Source: Candidatus Latescibacterota bacterium (lineage in GTDB: Bacteria > Latescibacterota > UBA2968 > UBA8231). From it: a stretch of 64,000 nt of DNA. The notes under the pieces are model-generated. The model was not told the DNA's origin. It was given only the letters and a program-made list of their open reading frames with translations, and searched no databases. Location: assembly GCA_965221775.1 (NCBI GenBank), contig CBDCSU010000006.1:2464001-2528000 (forward strand), given 5' to 3'. Shown piece by piece: positions 25,454 to 34,880 of this stretch; positions within the stretch are counted from its first letter, which is position 1, and each line of letters begins with the position of its first letter. The position numbers were made by a program, and so were the translations under genes.

Positions 25454-26257
25454 CTACCCGTAGGCGCCGCTCGGCAGGAAGCCGAGGAGACGGCGGAGCC
25501 GCTCGTCTGCGCCCGCGTACACATGCTCCGGCATCTGGTAGTTCATGAAGGGATGGTACTTGTGGCCGATCACGCGCCGGGCGTAGCTGATCTGGGTGAT
25601 GTAGCGCGTGCGGTCGCTCTGGTTGGGGGCGCCCCGGTGCCAGACCTGGTTGTTGAACATGATCACGCTCCCCGCCGGGCCGACGTTGGAGACCACCCGG
25701 TCCTCGTAGCCGCTGCCCTCCATCGGGTTCGGCGGCCCGGCGCCGATCAGGTGCGAGCGCGGCACGGTCTGGGTGGGCCCGTGCTCGACGGTGTCGACGT
25801 CGGTGAGGTAGTAGTTGCAGGTGAAGAGCAGCACCGGCAGATGGACGTTGTCGGGCGGCTCCCCGTGGGTGACCTCGAAGTGGGGGGGATCGTCCTGGTG
25901 CCAGCCGCTGATGCCGCCGCCGGTGGGCGTGCGGAAGCTGTTGTTGTGGATCACGTGGCAGTCCGGCGCCACCAGGCGCTCGGCGAAGGTGACGATCGGC
26001 TCCAGGTCGAAGAGCCGCAGGTTGGCCGCGCTCGTCTCGAACATGCGGGGGTGGAGCTGCTTCCCGGTCCCCGCCTCGGGGCTGGCGAGAGCGCTCTCGA
26101 GGTCGCGGCGCAGCTCGGCGCACCAGTCGGGCGGCAGCACGTTGCGCAGGAAGAGGCAGCCGTCCCGGTGGAAGCGCTGGATCCAGTCGTTGATGATGCC
26201 GTCGACGGGGGGCTGGTGGGCGAGGCAGGACTGCTCTGTGGACAGTGAAGTGGTCAT
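25454..26257 (-). CDS. Phytanoyl-CoA dioxygenase (PhyH) family Fe/2OG oxygenase
   Basis: FHRDG, WHQD, YLTDV...HGPT..VPRSH, VWHRGAPN...R. Confidence 0.88.
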   Translation of the reverse strand: MTTSLSTEQSCLAHQPPVDGIINDWIQRFHRDGCLFLRNVLPPDWCAELRRDLESALASPEAGTGKQLHPRMFETSAANLRLFDLEPIVTFAERLVAPDCHVIHNNSFRTPTGGGISGWHQDDPPHFEVTHGEPPDNVHLPVLLFTCNYYLTDVDTVEHGPTQTVPRSHLIGAGPPNPMEGSGYEDRVVSNVGPAGSVIMFNNQVWHRGAPNQSDRTRYITQISYARRVIGHKYHPFMNYQMPEHVYAGADERLRRLLGFLPSGAYG

Positions 26258-26375
26258 GGTGTATGGTGTTTCCCCTTGCCAGAGAGTCGGTCGGTGGCTG
26301 CGGGTCCAAGCTAAGCAGGATCGGCGGTTGGGGTCCAACAACCCGCTTTCACGTCATACCAACGAAAGGAATCAC

Positions 26376-27446
26376 ATGCAGAGTTCCGATCCACTTGAGA
26401 GAGGCCTCGCAGCCGGTGAGGCGGCGGCTTCTGCAGCGGGCACCACATCGCAGACATCCGGAGGTGGCGGGCGCATGTATGTGCGCACCCAGGGGTTTGG
26501 CTCAACGGATGCCGAGCTGCGCTTCCTGCAGCGGTGCGGCGTGCGCCACAAGGCGGCCAACTTCCCTTTCCACCGTGACCGCGGCTGGGTCCTGGAGGAA
26601 CTGGTCCAGGAGAGGGAGCGCCACGAGGCCTTCGGCCTGTCGCTGGACATGAGTCTGCTGCCCATCTACCAGGAGTTCCCCAGCATCATCTACTGGGGCA
26701 AGAGCCCCGATCGCGACCGCGACATCGACCTCGTGTGCGAGATGATCCGGACCGCGTCGCGCGCCGGCATCGATTCGCTCCGCTACAACACTTGCGTCCT
26801 GCCCATCGACCGGACGGAGCGGGAAGAGGGCCGTGGCGGCTACTTCCACACGGCCTTCCGCCTGGAGAAGATCTCGGCGGAAGATCAAGCGAAGCTCACC
26901 GAGGTTGGGCGGGTCACCGCCGAGATGCACTGGGAGCGGATCGAGTATCTCCTCGAACGCATGATCCCCGTGGCAGAGGAGTTCAAGGTTCGCCTGGGCA
27001 ATTCCCAGGAGGACCCCGCCACACCCCTCGGATACAGAGGCGTCGACAAGGTCCTCAATGAGTTCGAGGGCATGAAGCGCTTCATCGAGATCGAGCGCAG
27101 CCCGTACCATGGCTGGAACTTCTGCGTCGGCTCCGTCGCTGAAGGGCTGGAAGATCCGGCCAGCGAGATCTACCCGATCATCGACTACTTCGGCAGCCGC
27201 GATACGATCTTCCTGGTTCACTATCGCAACCTGCTGGGGGGGCGTTACAGCTTCCGCGAGGCCCTGCCCGACGAGGGGGACATGGACTTTCACCTGGTCT
27301 TGAAGGCCCTCAAGGACACAGGCTACTGCTACGGCATCGACCCCGACCACGTCCCGAGCACCGCCGACGACCCGAAGGGCCACTACCAGTCCTATGCCTA
27401 CTGCTTCGGCTACATCAATGCCATGATTCAGGCGGTCTACGGGTAG
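26376..27446 (+). CDS. Mannonate dehydratase (UxuA)-family protein
   Basis: RDRDID, WERIEYLLERMIPVAEE, NFCVGS, IFLVHYRN, FREALPDEGDMD, PDHVP; the usual HPDDP reads SQEDP. Confidence 0.75.
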   Translation: MQSSDPLERGLAAGEAAASAAGTTSQTSGGGGRMYVRTQGFGSTDAELRFLQRCGVRHKAANFPFHRDRGWVLEELVQERERHEAFGLSLDMSLLPIYQEFPSIIYWGKSPDRDRDIDLVCEMIRTASRAGIDSLRYNTCVLPIDRTEREEGRGGYFHTAFRLEKISAEDQAKLTEVGRVTAEMHWERIEYLLERMIPVAEEFKVRLGNSQEDPATPLGYRGVDKVLNEFEGMKRFIEIERSPYHGWNFCVGSVAEGLEDPASEIYPIIDYFGSRDTIFLVHYRNLLGGRYSFREALPDEGDMDFHLVLKALKDTGYCYGIDPDHVPSTADDPKGHYQSYAYCFGYINAMIQAVYG

Positions 27447-27474
27447 GTCGGCTGATTGAGGGAGGGGAGGCTTG

Positions 27475-27900
27475 ATGCAGGTCCGAATTGCTGACTCCGC
27501 CTCGGCGCTGGAAGTCGTCGGCAGCCTGCTGCTTCAACTCAGATCGGGATACGACTTGGGCAGCATGGTCTCCCAGATCAAGGCGCAGCAGGGGAGAGGC
27601 TACACGGTGGCGTATGCCGAGGAGGGTGGCCGGGCGATCTGTGCGGCGGGCTTCGTGATCGAGACCCGACTGGCCTGGGGGAAGCACATGTACATCGAAG
27701 ATCTGGTCACCGACTCGGAGCGGCGTTCCTCGGGCCTGGGCCGGGTCATGATGGATTGGCTCAAGGGCCACGCACGGGAGCATGGGTGCGAGCAGATCCA
27801 CCTGGACTCAGGCGTCCAGAGGTTCCCTGCCCACAGGTTCTATCTTCGCGAGGGGTACAATATCGCCAGTCATCACTTCTCGATTGTGGGACTGAGATGA
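27475..27900 (+). CDS. GNAT N-acetyltransferase
   Basis: MYIEDLVT...RSSGLG...IHLDSGVQRFPAHRFY. Confidence 0.88.
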   Translation: MQVRIADSASALEVVGSLLLQLRSGYDLGSMVSQIKAQQGRGYTVAYAEEGGRAICAAGFVIETRLAWGKHMYIEDLVTDSERRSSGLGRVMMDWLKGHAREHGCEQIHLDSGVQRFPAHRFYLREGYNIASHHFSIVGLR

Positions 27901-27942
27901 CCAGGCGGAACGCCCGGTCTGAGTTGGAAGGGAGCCAGTAGG

Positions 27943-28164
27943 ATGGGAGTCGACTTCGGTCTTCTGGTACTTGCTCCCCGTTTGGCTCTCTGGGTCCTGC
28001 TTTTGCTCGTCGGTGTCGAGGCACACCGAAGGTACAAGCTGGCAAGTCTGCCCTGGCTGGCCTTGTACATTGTTGCATCTTACGGAGTGGAAGTGGTCTG
28101 GGAGGCGCTCGGAGCCCATGGCATCCTCTGGCGCGTCCCTGCTCGCGCCCCACTCCGAGCCTGA
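27943..28164 (+). CDS. Small membrane protein, truncated paralog of the next gene
   Basis: SD plus ATG; AP.L.L..LLL..G.......KL.SLPWL..Y shared with 28179-28655. Confidence 0.5.
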   Translation: MGVDFGLLVLAPRLALWVLLLLVGVEAHRRYKLASLPWLALYIVASYGVEVVWEALGAHGILWRVPARAPLRA

Positions 28165-28178
28165 AGGGAGGACGTAGG

Positions 28179-28655
28179 ATGGAACCGGGTTTGGGTATCG
28201 TTGCAGTTCTGGCTTGGGCTCCCACCCTTGTCCTGTGCGCTCTGCTTCTGATCTTCGGTATCAAGACGAGCCGAAGCTGCAAGCTCCAGAGTCTGCCCTG
28301 GTTGGGGGTGTACGTCTTCCTGTCGGTCGTATTGTCCTTGTCGTGGCCCGTTCTGGTCCGCCACGCGATCGACAGCGTGGGCATGGAGCGCGTTCCCTTC
28401 GGATGGAGTGTGTCGACCTTCGCAGTCCTCCTGCACTATGGCGGCGCCTTCCTCTCAAACCTGGCCGGACTGGTCCTGGGCATTCTGATTCTGGCAGACA
28501 TGTTGTTCCTGCTTTCAAAGTCGGGTGTCGCCGTAGAAGGCGGACTTCTGAACAGGCTCATGCGGTTGCGTGAGTGGAGCACCATCCTGGGGGGCGCAAT
28601 TGTCGTCCTGCTGTTGTCGAAGCTGAGCGTGGTGGCCTATCTGCGGAAATTGTGA
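28179..28655 (+). CDS. Hypothetical membrane protein (about 4 TM)
   Basis: SD plus ATG; hydrophobic segments. Confidence 0.65.
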   Translation: MEPGLGIVAVLAWAPTLVLCALLLIFGIKTSRSCKLQSLPWLGVYVFLSVVLSLSWPVLVRHAIDSVGMERVPFGWSVSTFAVLLHYGGAFLSNLAGLVLGILILADMLFLLSKSGVAVEGGLLNRLMRLREWSTILGGAIVVLLLSKLSVVAYLRKL

Positions 28656-28747
28656 GAACGGCCCGACAGGATGTCGCCGGGAAGGGCAGCGGCCTCTCCA
28701 GGTTTCCCACCGCACTCGAATCCGCCACGATCAGGAGGAGGACACCC

Positions 28748-31288
28748 ATGTTGCGTCGCTCCACTGTGACCTCGTGCGCCATCTGCGTGTTTGCGCTCGC
28801 AACCGTTGCTGCGGCCATCGAGGAGGCGTCGTTGCCGGCCGTCTGGCAGGTCAGGCTCGACCCTGATGATTCTGGCTTGAAGGAGCGCTGGAACGCCGCC
28901 GACCTTGATGACGGCGAGTGGACCGCACTGCGCACCGACGAATGGGAGGGTTGGGAGAACCAGGGGCTGACGGCAGAGGCCGATCTTGGCTGGTACCGCG
29001 TCCGCTATGAGGTGCCGGAGGCGCTCGAGAGCAAGAAGCACGTCTACTTGTATTTCAACTGCGTGGACGAGCAGGCCTGGGTCTGGTTGAACGGGCGGAG
29101 GGTTGGGGAGCGTACCCTCGTCAGCGAGGGGCTTGTGGGCTCAAAGAGCGAGAGACGCGATGGCATGTGGGTTGCTCCTTTCGCCTTGGAGATCCAGGAG
29201 CACCTGCGCGGGGAGGGACCAGACGTGTTTGCGGTGCGGGTGAAACGGGGAGGGGATGCCGGGGGTGGCGTCTGGAAACCCGTGTACCTCTTTGCCAGTG
29301 ATACACCGTTGGAACTCAGCGAGATGACCTCGCGCGCCGAAGCGATGAATGCCCGAACTCTCGAGGCGAAGGAGCCGACGGTTCAGTACGAGGTCTGGAC
29401 GACGAACCCGTACGATCCGATCTATCCGGATACGCAGGGCACGGGTCCGGTCAAGATCAAGCAGACAGGCGTCGCCGCATCACATGCCCACAGCCTCACG
29501 GACGGAATCCGCGCCACGGGCACCTGCGGGGAATACGTGCCCTTGGCCATCCACGTGCGCAACCACGGCGATTCCCCACTTCCGGTCCGTTTCGACCTGG
29601 CCGGCGTCCGCCACGAGTCAACCAAGCTGCAGTTGCGCACGGATCGCGTGCAGGTCCACCTCGTGGACTACATCCTGACGCGTCTCAAGAAGCTGGTGCC
29701 CGATCCATTGCCGCTGGCCAACAGCGCCAACAGCTTGCGCCTCAGCCCCGGTGAGACGGGCAGTCTCTTCGTGCTGATCGATACGCGCGGCATGCCGGCG
29801 GGCCTGTGGAAGGGCCGCGCGCGTTTCACCCCCTTGCGCAGCGGCCCCAAGCTGGAAATCCCCTTTGAGCTGGAGGTGGCCCCGGTCGTTCTGCCGCAGC
29901 GGGTGCCGATCTGGGTCACATTCTGGTCCTACTCGCCGTCCCATGGCTGGATGTCCGAGGGCCGGGGACAGAACAAGCCCTACATGGACTTGATGCGGCG
30001 AACAGGCACGAACGTCGTGCAGATGTCGTACCGTGACGGGGCACCGCGGCCGATCCTGAACGAGAGCAACGAGATTGTGGGAATCACAATCGATGAGTTC
30101 GACCGGATGATGCTCCGCCGTGAGTTCACGCATCACGACTATCTGGTCGTCGGGCTCACGATCCGCCGCGGGACGAACCGCTGGGGACCGCACTTCCTCG
30201 AAGCCGAGCACGAGCAGTGGAAACGGAATTTCCTCGCCTACACCAGAATGCTCGCACACCACATCCGCGGCAACTACGGCCTGGCCGATGATCGATGGGG
30301 TCTGTACCTGAATGACGAGCACATCGGTGACGACTTTCTGCCCCTCGGGAAACTGGTGCGGGAGGCCGACCCGCGCATTCAGATCTGGGCCAACCGGATC
30401 GAGGATCTCGAGACGACGAAGAAGGCCGAGCCGTACATCGACGTGATCGTTCCCTACAGTCCGTGGCTCTCGGCAAAGGGACTTGGGTTCGGCCGCAACG
30501 ACGAGGCCGAGAGGTTCTTCCTGGAAACAGGCAAACCGTGGTGGGCCTACCGGCACGCCTTCTGGACCAGCCCCGAGCGCGCCGCCATACCGCGCGCCAA
30601 CCCGCACTCGCCGCACGACATGCTGCGCAGCCGGCCGTGGCTGGCCTGGAAGCTCGGACTTGACGGATACGGTTTCTGGGTCTTCACCGCGCCTCGGTGG
30701 TGGGGGCGTTACGATGGATTTCCCGACGTCGCCCCGAAGGGGCCGTACACCAATGTGGGCTTCGTCTACATGGGACACGATGGCCCCATCACCAGCCGGC
30801 GACTGGAAGCCTACCGCGATGGATGGGAAGACTACAAACTTCTCTGGATCGTAAGGCAGGCGGCTCAGATCGAGGGCCAGGACCCGCAGTTGGCCCGACA
30901 AGCGCTCGATGAAATCGATTCGGCGGTTGAACACGTACTGGCGGGGGCAAGCCAGGACAAGCTTGAACAGATGAGGCGGAGACTCATCGAGCACGCCATT
31001 CAACTGGCGGAGGCGGAACCCCTGAGCGCCATGATCACCGGCGTGGAGACAACGCGCCGCAGCGCCGTGGTTCGACTCTCATCGCCGCAACCCGTGCGGG
31101 TATGGACCTGGGTCAACCGCGGCCGCAATCACCGCCGGTTCATCGACGCATCGCGCCAGACACACACCCCGACTGTGACAATCGACAATCTCGTGCCCGG
31201 TGAGCAGTGCAAGCTCACATTCGTCGTCGGCGGCCCCCACGGCCAGCAGAGGGTGCTGCAGCACGAAGTGGTCACGCAGGGTTGGTAG
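28748..31288 (+). CDS. Secreted glycoside hydrolase-like protein: GH2-N-type sugar-binding domain plus DUF4091/GH123-like domain
   Basis: Signal peptide, GWYR...LYFNCVDEQAWVWLNG, GGVWKPVYL, NDE, SRRLEAYRDGWEDY. Confidence 0.7.
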   Translation: MLRRSTVTSCAICVFALATVAAAIEEASLPAVWQVRLDPDDSGLKERWNAADLDDGEWTALRTDEWEGWENQGLTAEADLGWYRVRYEVPEALESKKHVYLYFNCVDEQAWVWLNGRRVGERTLVSEGLVGSKSERRDGMWVAPFALEIQEHLRGEGPDVFAVRVKRGGDAGGGVWKPVYLFASDTPLELSEMTSRAEAMNARTLEAKEPTVQYEVWTTNPYDPIYPDTQGTGPVKIKQTGVAASHAHSLTDGIRATGTCGEYVPLAIHVRNHGDSPLPVRFDLAGVRHESTKLQLRTDRVQVHLVDYILTRLKKLVPDPLPLANSANSLRLSPGETGSLFVLIDTRGMPAGLWKGRARFTPLRSGPKLEIPFELEVAPVVLPQRVPIWVTFWSYSPSHGWMSEGRGQNKPYMDLMRRTGTNVVQMSYRDGAPRPILNESNEIVGITIDEFDRMMLRREFTHHDYLVVGLTIRRGTNRWGPHFLEAEHEQWKRNFLAYTRMLAHHIRGNYGLADDRWGLYLNDEHIGDDFLPLGKLVREADPRIQIWANRIEDLETTKKAEPYIDVIVPYSPWLSAKGLGFGRNDEAERFFLETGKPWWAYRHAFWTSPERAAIPRANPHSPHDMLRSRPWLAWKLGLDGYGFWVFTAPRWWGRYDGFPDVAPKGPYTNVGFVYMGHDGPITSRRLEAYRDGWEDYKLLWIVRQAAQIEGQDPQLARQALDEIDSAVEHVLAGASQDKLEQMRRRLIEHAIQLAEAEPLSAMITGVETTRRSAVVRLSSPQPVRVWTWVNRGRNHRRFIDASRQTHTPTVTIDNLVPGEQCKLTFVVGGPHGQQRVLQHEVVTQGW

Positions 31289-31310
31289 TACCCTCTCGGG
31301 AGGGAGTGGC

Positions 31311-33590
31311 CTACAGCGCGCCTGACAGCGCCAGGGTGACCCGGCGCATGGGGCGTATCTCTCGTTCGGACAGGATGTAGTGGTAGCGCAGCAGGTTGTC
31401 GGCGCGCAGGGTCAGCGTCGCCGGGCCGATGCGGCGCTCGACGAAGGCGTCCACCAGGTAGACCGGCAGGTGGTCGCGCCCGCACTCGGCGAACAGTCCT
31501 GACACCCTCTCGAAGCGGCTCGTGTAGCGGAAGGTGAGCCCGCCGCGGGTCATCCCCCGCGCCAATCCGAGGTTGGTGGTGACGGCGTGGCGGGAACGGT
31601 ACGGCAGCGGCGCGGTCTGCCCGGGAGCCAAGTCGTCGTGACAGTACGGCGGCAGAGGCACCCCCTCGGCGAGGAACTCCTCGGCGTCGACGTAGGTGTA
31701 GGAGGCTTTCCAGAGCGCCCCGAGGGGAAGGGCCAGCTGCTGCTCCAGCTCCAGGCCGCGAATGCGGGCGCGGGAGATGTTGCGGAAGCTGGCCCTCGGG
31801 ACGACCGTGGAAGTCGGGTCCGGCCGGGCCTCGATCAGCCCTTCGAACTCGTTCCAGAACAGGGCGGCGTCGACGGAGAGGGTTCCTCCCAGGACGCGGC
31901 GGATCCCCGCCTCGTAGGACCAGCTGCTCTCCGAACCGAGATCGGGGTTCGGACAGACGAGGATTCCCGAGGCGTCGGCCTGCACGTGGATCTCGGTCAC
32001 CGAGGGGGCCCTGAAGCCGCGGCCGGCCGAGAGCCGGATGGCGCCCGGGGCCGCTATCCATGACAGTCCCAGCTGAGGGCTGAACTGAGCCTCCGTGTGG
32101 GCCGCGATTCCGTGGCCTCCCGCCGCCGACCCGCACGGCCCGCCCGCGGGTGCGGCCTCTCCCGCGTCTCGGCGGTGCAGGTCGGCGCGCACGCCGAGGG
32201 TGACCTCCAGGTCCCGGAAGGCGACCACGTTCTGGGCGTACGCGGCCGTGTTGAGGACGGTGCGCTGGCCGAGGAAGTCGGCGGGGGACCGGGCCAGGTC
32301 GTAGATCCCCGTGGCCCCGACGATGACCCCGCCGGTGCCGAGCCGTTCCCCGAGGTCGACCTGCATCTCGGTGCCGATCTTGTGTCCCGCCGACGCCAGG
32401 CCCCCGGCGGCCCGGGTGTTGTCGAAGTCGGTGCGGAAGTAGAACCCGCGCCAGGTCAGGTTCGTCCCCGGATTCACGAGGTGGGTCACCTCGCTGTTGA
32501 GGTTGAGCTTCCAAGAGACCGTGGCCGCGCCGCGGTCCCCTTCCGGCACCAACAGCGGGGTGGCGCGGTCCTTCCACTGCAGGAAGACTCCGTAGTCGTC
32601 GTGGGCCCAACTGGCCAGGCCGGTCCAGCGGGTGCGTCGGCCGAGCTGGCGGGTCCCCTTGGCGAAGAGGTTGTAGCGGATCGACTCGTTGTTCTCGCGG
32701 TACCCCGTGCGGCGCTTGTGGCCCGCGGAGACGAGGTAGCCGCCCGCGGCGGTCGTGCGCGAGTGGCTGACGTCGACGCCGCCGAGGTACATGAGGTCCC
32801 GCCACTCCCAGGACGGGTGCGCGGGCTGGTCGTAGAGGCCGCTCACGAGGCGGAAGCGGGTCTCGGGAAGCTCCGACGGAGAGCGGGTGAGCACGTTGAT
32901 GACGCCGCCGAGGGCGCCGGTCCCGTAGAGGGCCGAGCCGGCCCCCTTTATCAGTTCCACCCGCTCCACCTCGGTGACGGGGATGGTGTCCCACTTGATG
33001 TCCGCCTGGTCGGCGGAGAGGGCGGGGACTCCGTCGAGGAGCAGGAGCACGCGGCTGCCGGTGCCGCGGCTGTACCCGCTCGATCCGCGGATGCTGACCT
33101 GACTGCCGACCTGGCTGACGCCGGGCAGATGGCGCAGAGGCCCCGACAGGGAGAAGGAGTTGAAGCCGGTCAGCTCGCGCTTGTCGGTCACCGACATGCT
33201 GATCGGCGCCTCGGAGAACAGCTGCGGCCTCCGGGTGGCCGTGACCACCACCCCCGGCAGCTCCACCGCGGACTCGTCGAGGAAGAGGACGCCGAGATCG
33301 AGGGACTCCGCCTCACCGACCTCGACGGGAACCGTGAGGGTGCGGAAGCCGACAAAGGAGACGACGAGAAACTCCTGCCCCGCCTGGACAGCGAACCGGA
33401 AGCGGCCTCCTTTCCCCGTGAGAACCCCCAGGCCGCTCTTCTTCAGGTGGACACTCGCCCCGGGCAGGGCGGTGCTGTCGCCGGCCGCCGCGATGCGGCC
33501 GCTGATCTCGGCGCCGGGCGCGGTGGCCGGGAACGCGGGCGAGAGCAGGCCGCCGGACAGCAGCACCAGGAGGAACAGACGGGCCGTCAT
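31311..33590 (-). CDS. TonB-dependent receptor
   Basis: Signal peptide, carboxypeptidase-regulatory-like N-domain, VVVTATR, plug (IRGSSG, ERVELIKG..SALYG..ALGGVIN), GFRAPS, NPDL..E. Confidence 0.92.
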   Translation of the reverse strand: MTARLFLLVLLSGGLLSPAFPATAPGAEISGRIAAAGDSTALPGASVHLKKSGLGVLTGKGGRFRFAVQAGQEFLVVSFVGFRTLTVPVEVGEAESLDLGVLFLDESAVELPGVVVTATRRPQLFSEAPISMSVTDKRELTGFNSFSLSGPLRHLPGVSQVGSQVSIRGSSGYSRGTGSRVLLLLDGVPALSADQADIKWDTIPVTEVERVELIKGAGSALYGTGALGGVINVLTRSPSELPETRFRLVSGLYDQPAHPSWEWRDLMYLGGVDVSHSRTTAAGGYLVSAGHKRRTGYRENNESIRYNLFAKGTRQLGRRTRWTGLASWAHDDYGVFLQWKDRATPLLVPEGDRGAATVSWKLNLNSEVTHLVNPGTNLTWRGFYFRTDFDNTRAAGGLASAGHKIGTEMQVDLGERLGTGGVIVGATGIYDLARSPADFLGQRTVLNTAAYAQNVVAFRDLEVTLGVRADLHRRDAGEAAPAGGPCGSAAGGHGIAAHTEAQFSPQLGLSWIAAPGAIRLSAGRGFRAPSVTEIHVQADASGILVCPNPDLGSESSWSYEAGIRRVLGGTLSVDAALFWNEFEGLIEARPDPTSTVVPRASFRNISRARIRGLELEQQLALPLGALWKASYTYVDAEEFLAEGVPLPPYCHDDLAPGQTAPLPYRSRHAVTTNLGLARGMTRGGLTFRYTSRFERVSGLFAECGRDHLPVYLVDAFVERRIGPATLTLRADNLLRYHYILSEREIRPMRRVTLALSGAL

Positions 33591-34162
33591 CACTCCTGTC
33601 CCGCCTGGGCCGCCTCGATCAGGCTCTCGGGCAGCACCGCGGTGCAGGGGGTGGAGCCAAGCTCGGGCGGATCGGCGATCACGCCGAGGTCGATGGTCAG
33701 ATCGATGCCGCCGGTGACCGCGCCGGGAGTGACCTCGACCACCCCGGGAAGCGAGTCCCCCTCGACGTGGTAGCATCCGAGGAGAGAGGTGAAGTCCCAG
33801 AAGGCCTCCGGCCGCCGCCAGGCGACGATGATCCAGCGGTAGACCCCTTCTCTCTGGAGGGGCACGAAGTAGTCGTAGCGGCGGCTGCCGAGGGGGACGC
33901 CCTGGTCGGTGCCGCTGAGTCCGAAGAGGTCCGCCGGTTCCTCGGGCAGATCGCGGTAGACGGCGACCGCCACCTCGCCGATCTCCTCCGTCCACTCCCC
34001 CAGGAAGGTCACGGTGCCGGCGATGCCGGTGAGAGGCGGCTCGGCCTCGAGGCCGCGGTCGCATGCCGCCGTTGCGAGAGCGGCGATCACCGCCGCGGCT
34101 GCCAGGGCCCGCGAGCGGTTGGCCCGCGGGTCTTGTCGACAGGGTGTCCTCGCCGTCTCCAT
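33590..34162 (-). CDS. Putative lipoprotein co-transcribed with the TonB receptor
   Basis: Hydrophobic stretch ending ATAAC (lipobox-like); stop overlaps receptor ATG; start uncertain. Confidence 0.65.
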   Translation of the reverse strand: METARTPCRQDPRANRSRALAAAAVIAALATAACDRGLEAEPPLTGIAGTVTFLGEWTEEIGEVAVAVYRDLPEEPADLFGLSGTDQGVPLGSRRYDYFVPLQREGVYRWIIVAWRRPEAFWDFTSLLGCYHVEGDSLPGVVEVTPGAVTGGIDLTIDLGVIADPPELGSTPCTAVLPESLIEAAQAGQE

Positions 34163-34301
34163 GGCTCCCTCTACGGAGTCACCATCTGGTGAGGGGGGAA
34201 GTAGTGCTCCAGTCGCCAAGCGGGAAGATAGCCCGAAGAAAGCTCCGTCTGCTACCGCGGTTGCAGGACTGTGCGGTTGTTCCCGCGGCGAGGAAGATCC
34301 C

Positions 34302-34843
34302 ATGGCTGCGAATGATGTACGAGGATGCCTGGATGGATGCCGAGGCGCGCATGCCTGGCCGCGGCTGACCACCGATCGCCTGGTCCTCCGCGCTTTCGAC
34401 TGGCCGGAGACCGTGACGTGGCCGCCACGACCAACGTGCCCCACCCGTACGAGGACGGCATGGCCGAGGAGTGGATCGGCGGCCACGAGGCCGCCTTCCA
34501 GAAGGGGTCGGAGATCGTATTCGCCATCACCCTGAGATCGGGGGGGCTCGCCGGCGCCATCGGCCTGAGTATCAACGGGAAGCATCGCCGGGGAGAGCTG
34601 GGGTACTGGATCGGCAAGCTCTTCTGGAACAACGGTTACTGCACCGAGGCCGTGGGCGCGGTGGTCCGCTACGGCTTCGAGGAGCGGGGCCTGAACCGGA
34701 TCGAGGCGCGTCACATGACGACCAACCCCGCCTCCGGCCGGGTCATGGCGAAGGCGGGAATGAAGTTGGAGGGAGTTCCCTTCGAGGACATGGCGATCTA
34801 CGCGATCCTCGCCTCCGATCTCGACCCGCCCCTGAACAGTTGA
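34302..34843 (+). pseudogene. RimJ/RimL GNAT acetyltransferase, frameshifted with internal deletions
   Basis: 'PRLTTDRLVLRAF' in one frame, 'RLAGDRDVAATT.NVPHPYEDGMAEEWI...ELGYW...NPASGRVM.KAGM' in another; junction near 34395. Confidence 0.7.
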
Positions 34844-34880
34844 CGCTTCGGGACATGGGGGGCTACCCTTCCCCGCCGCC

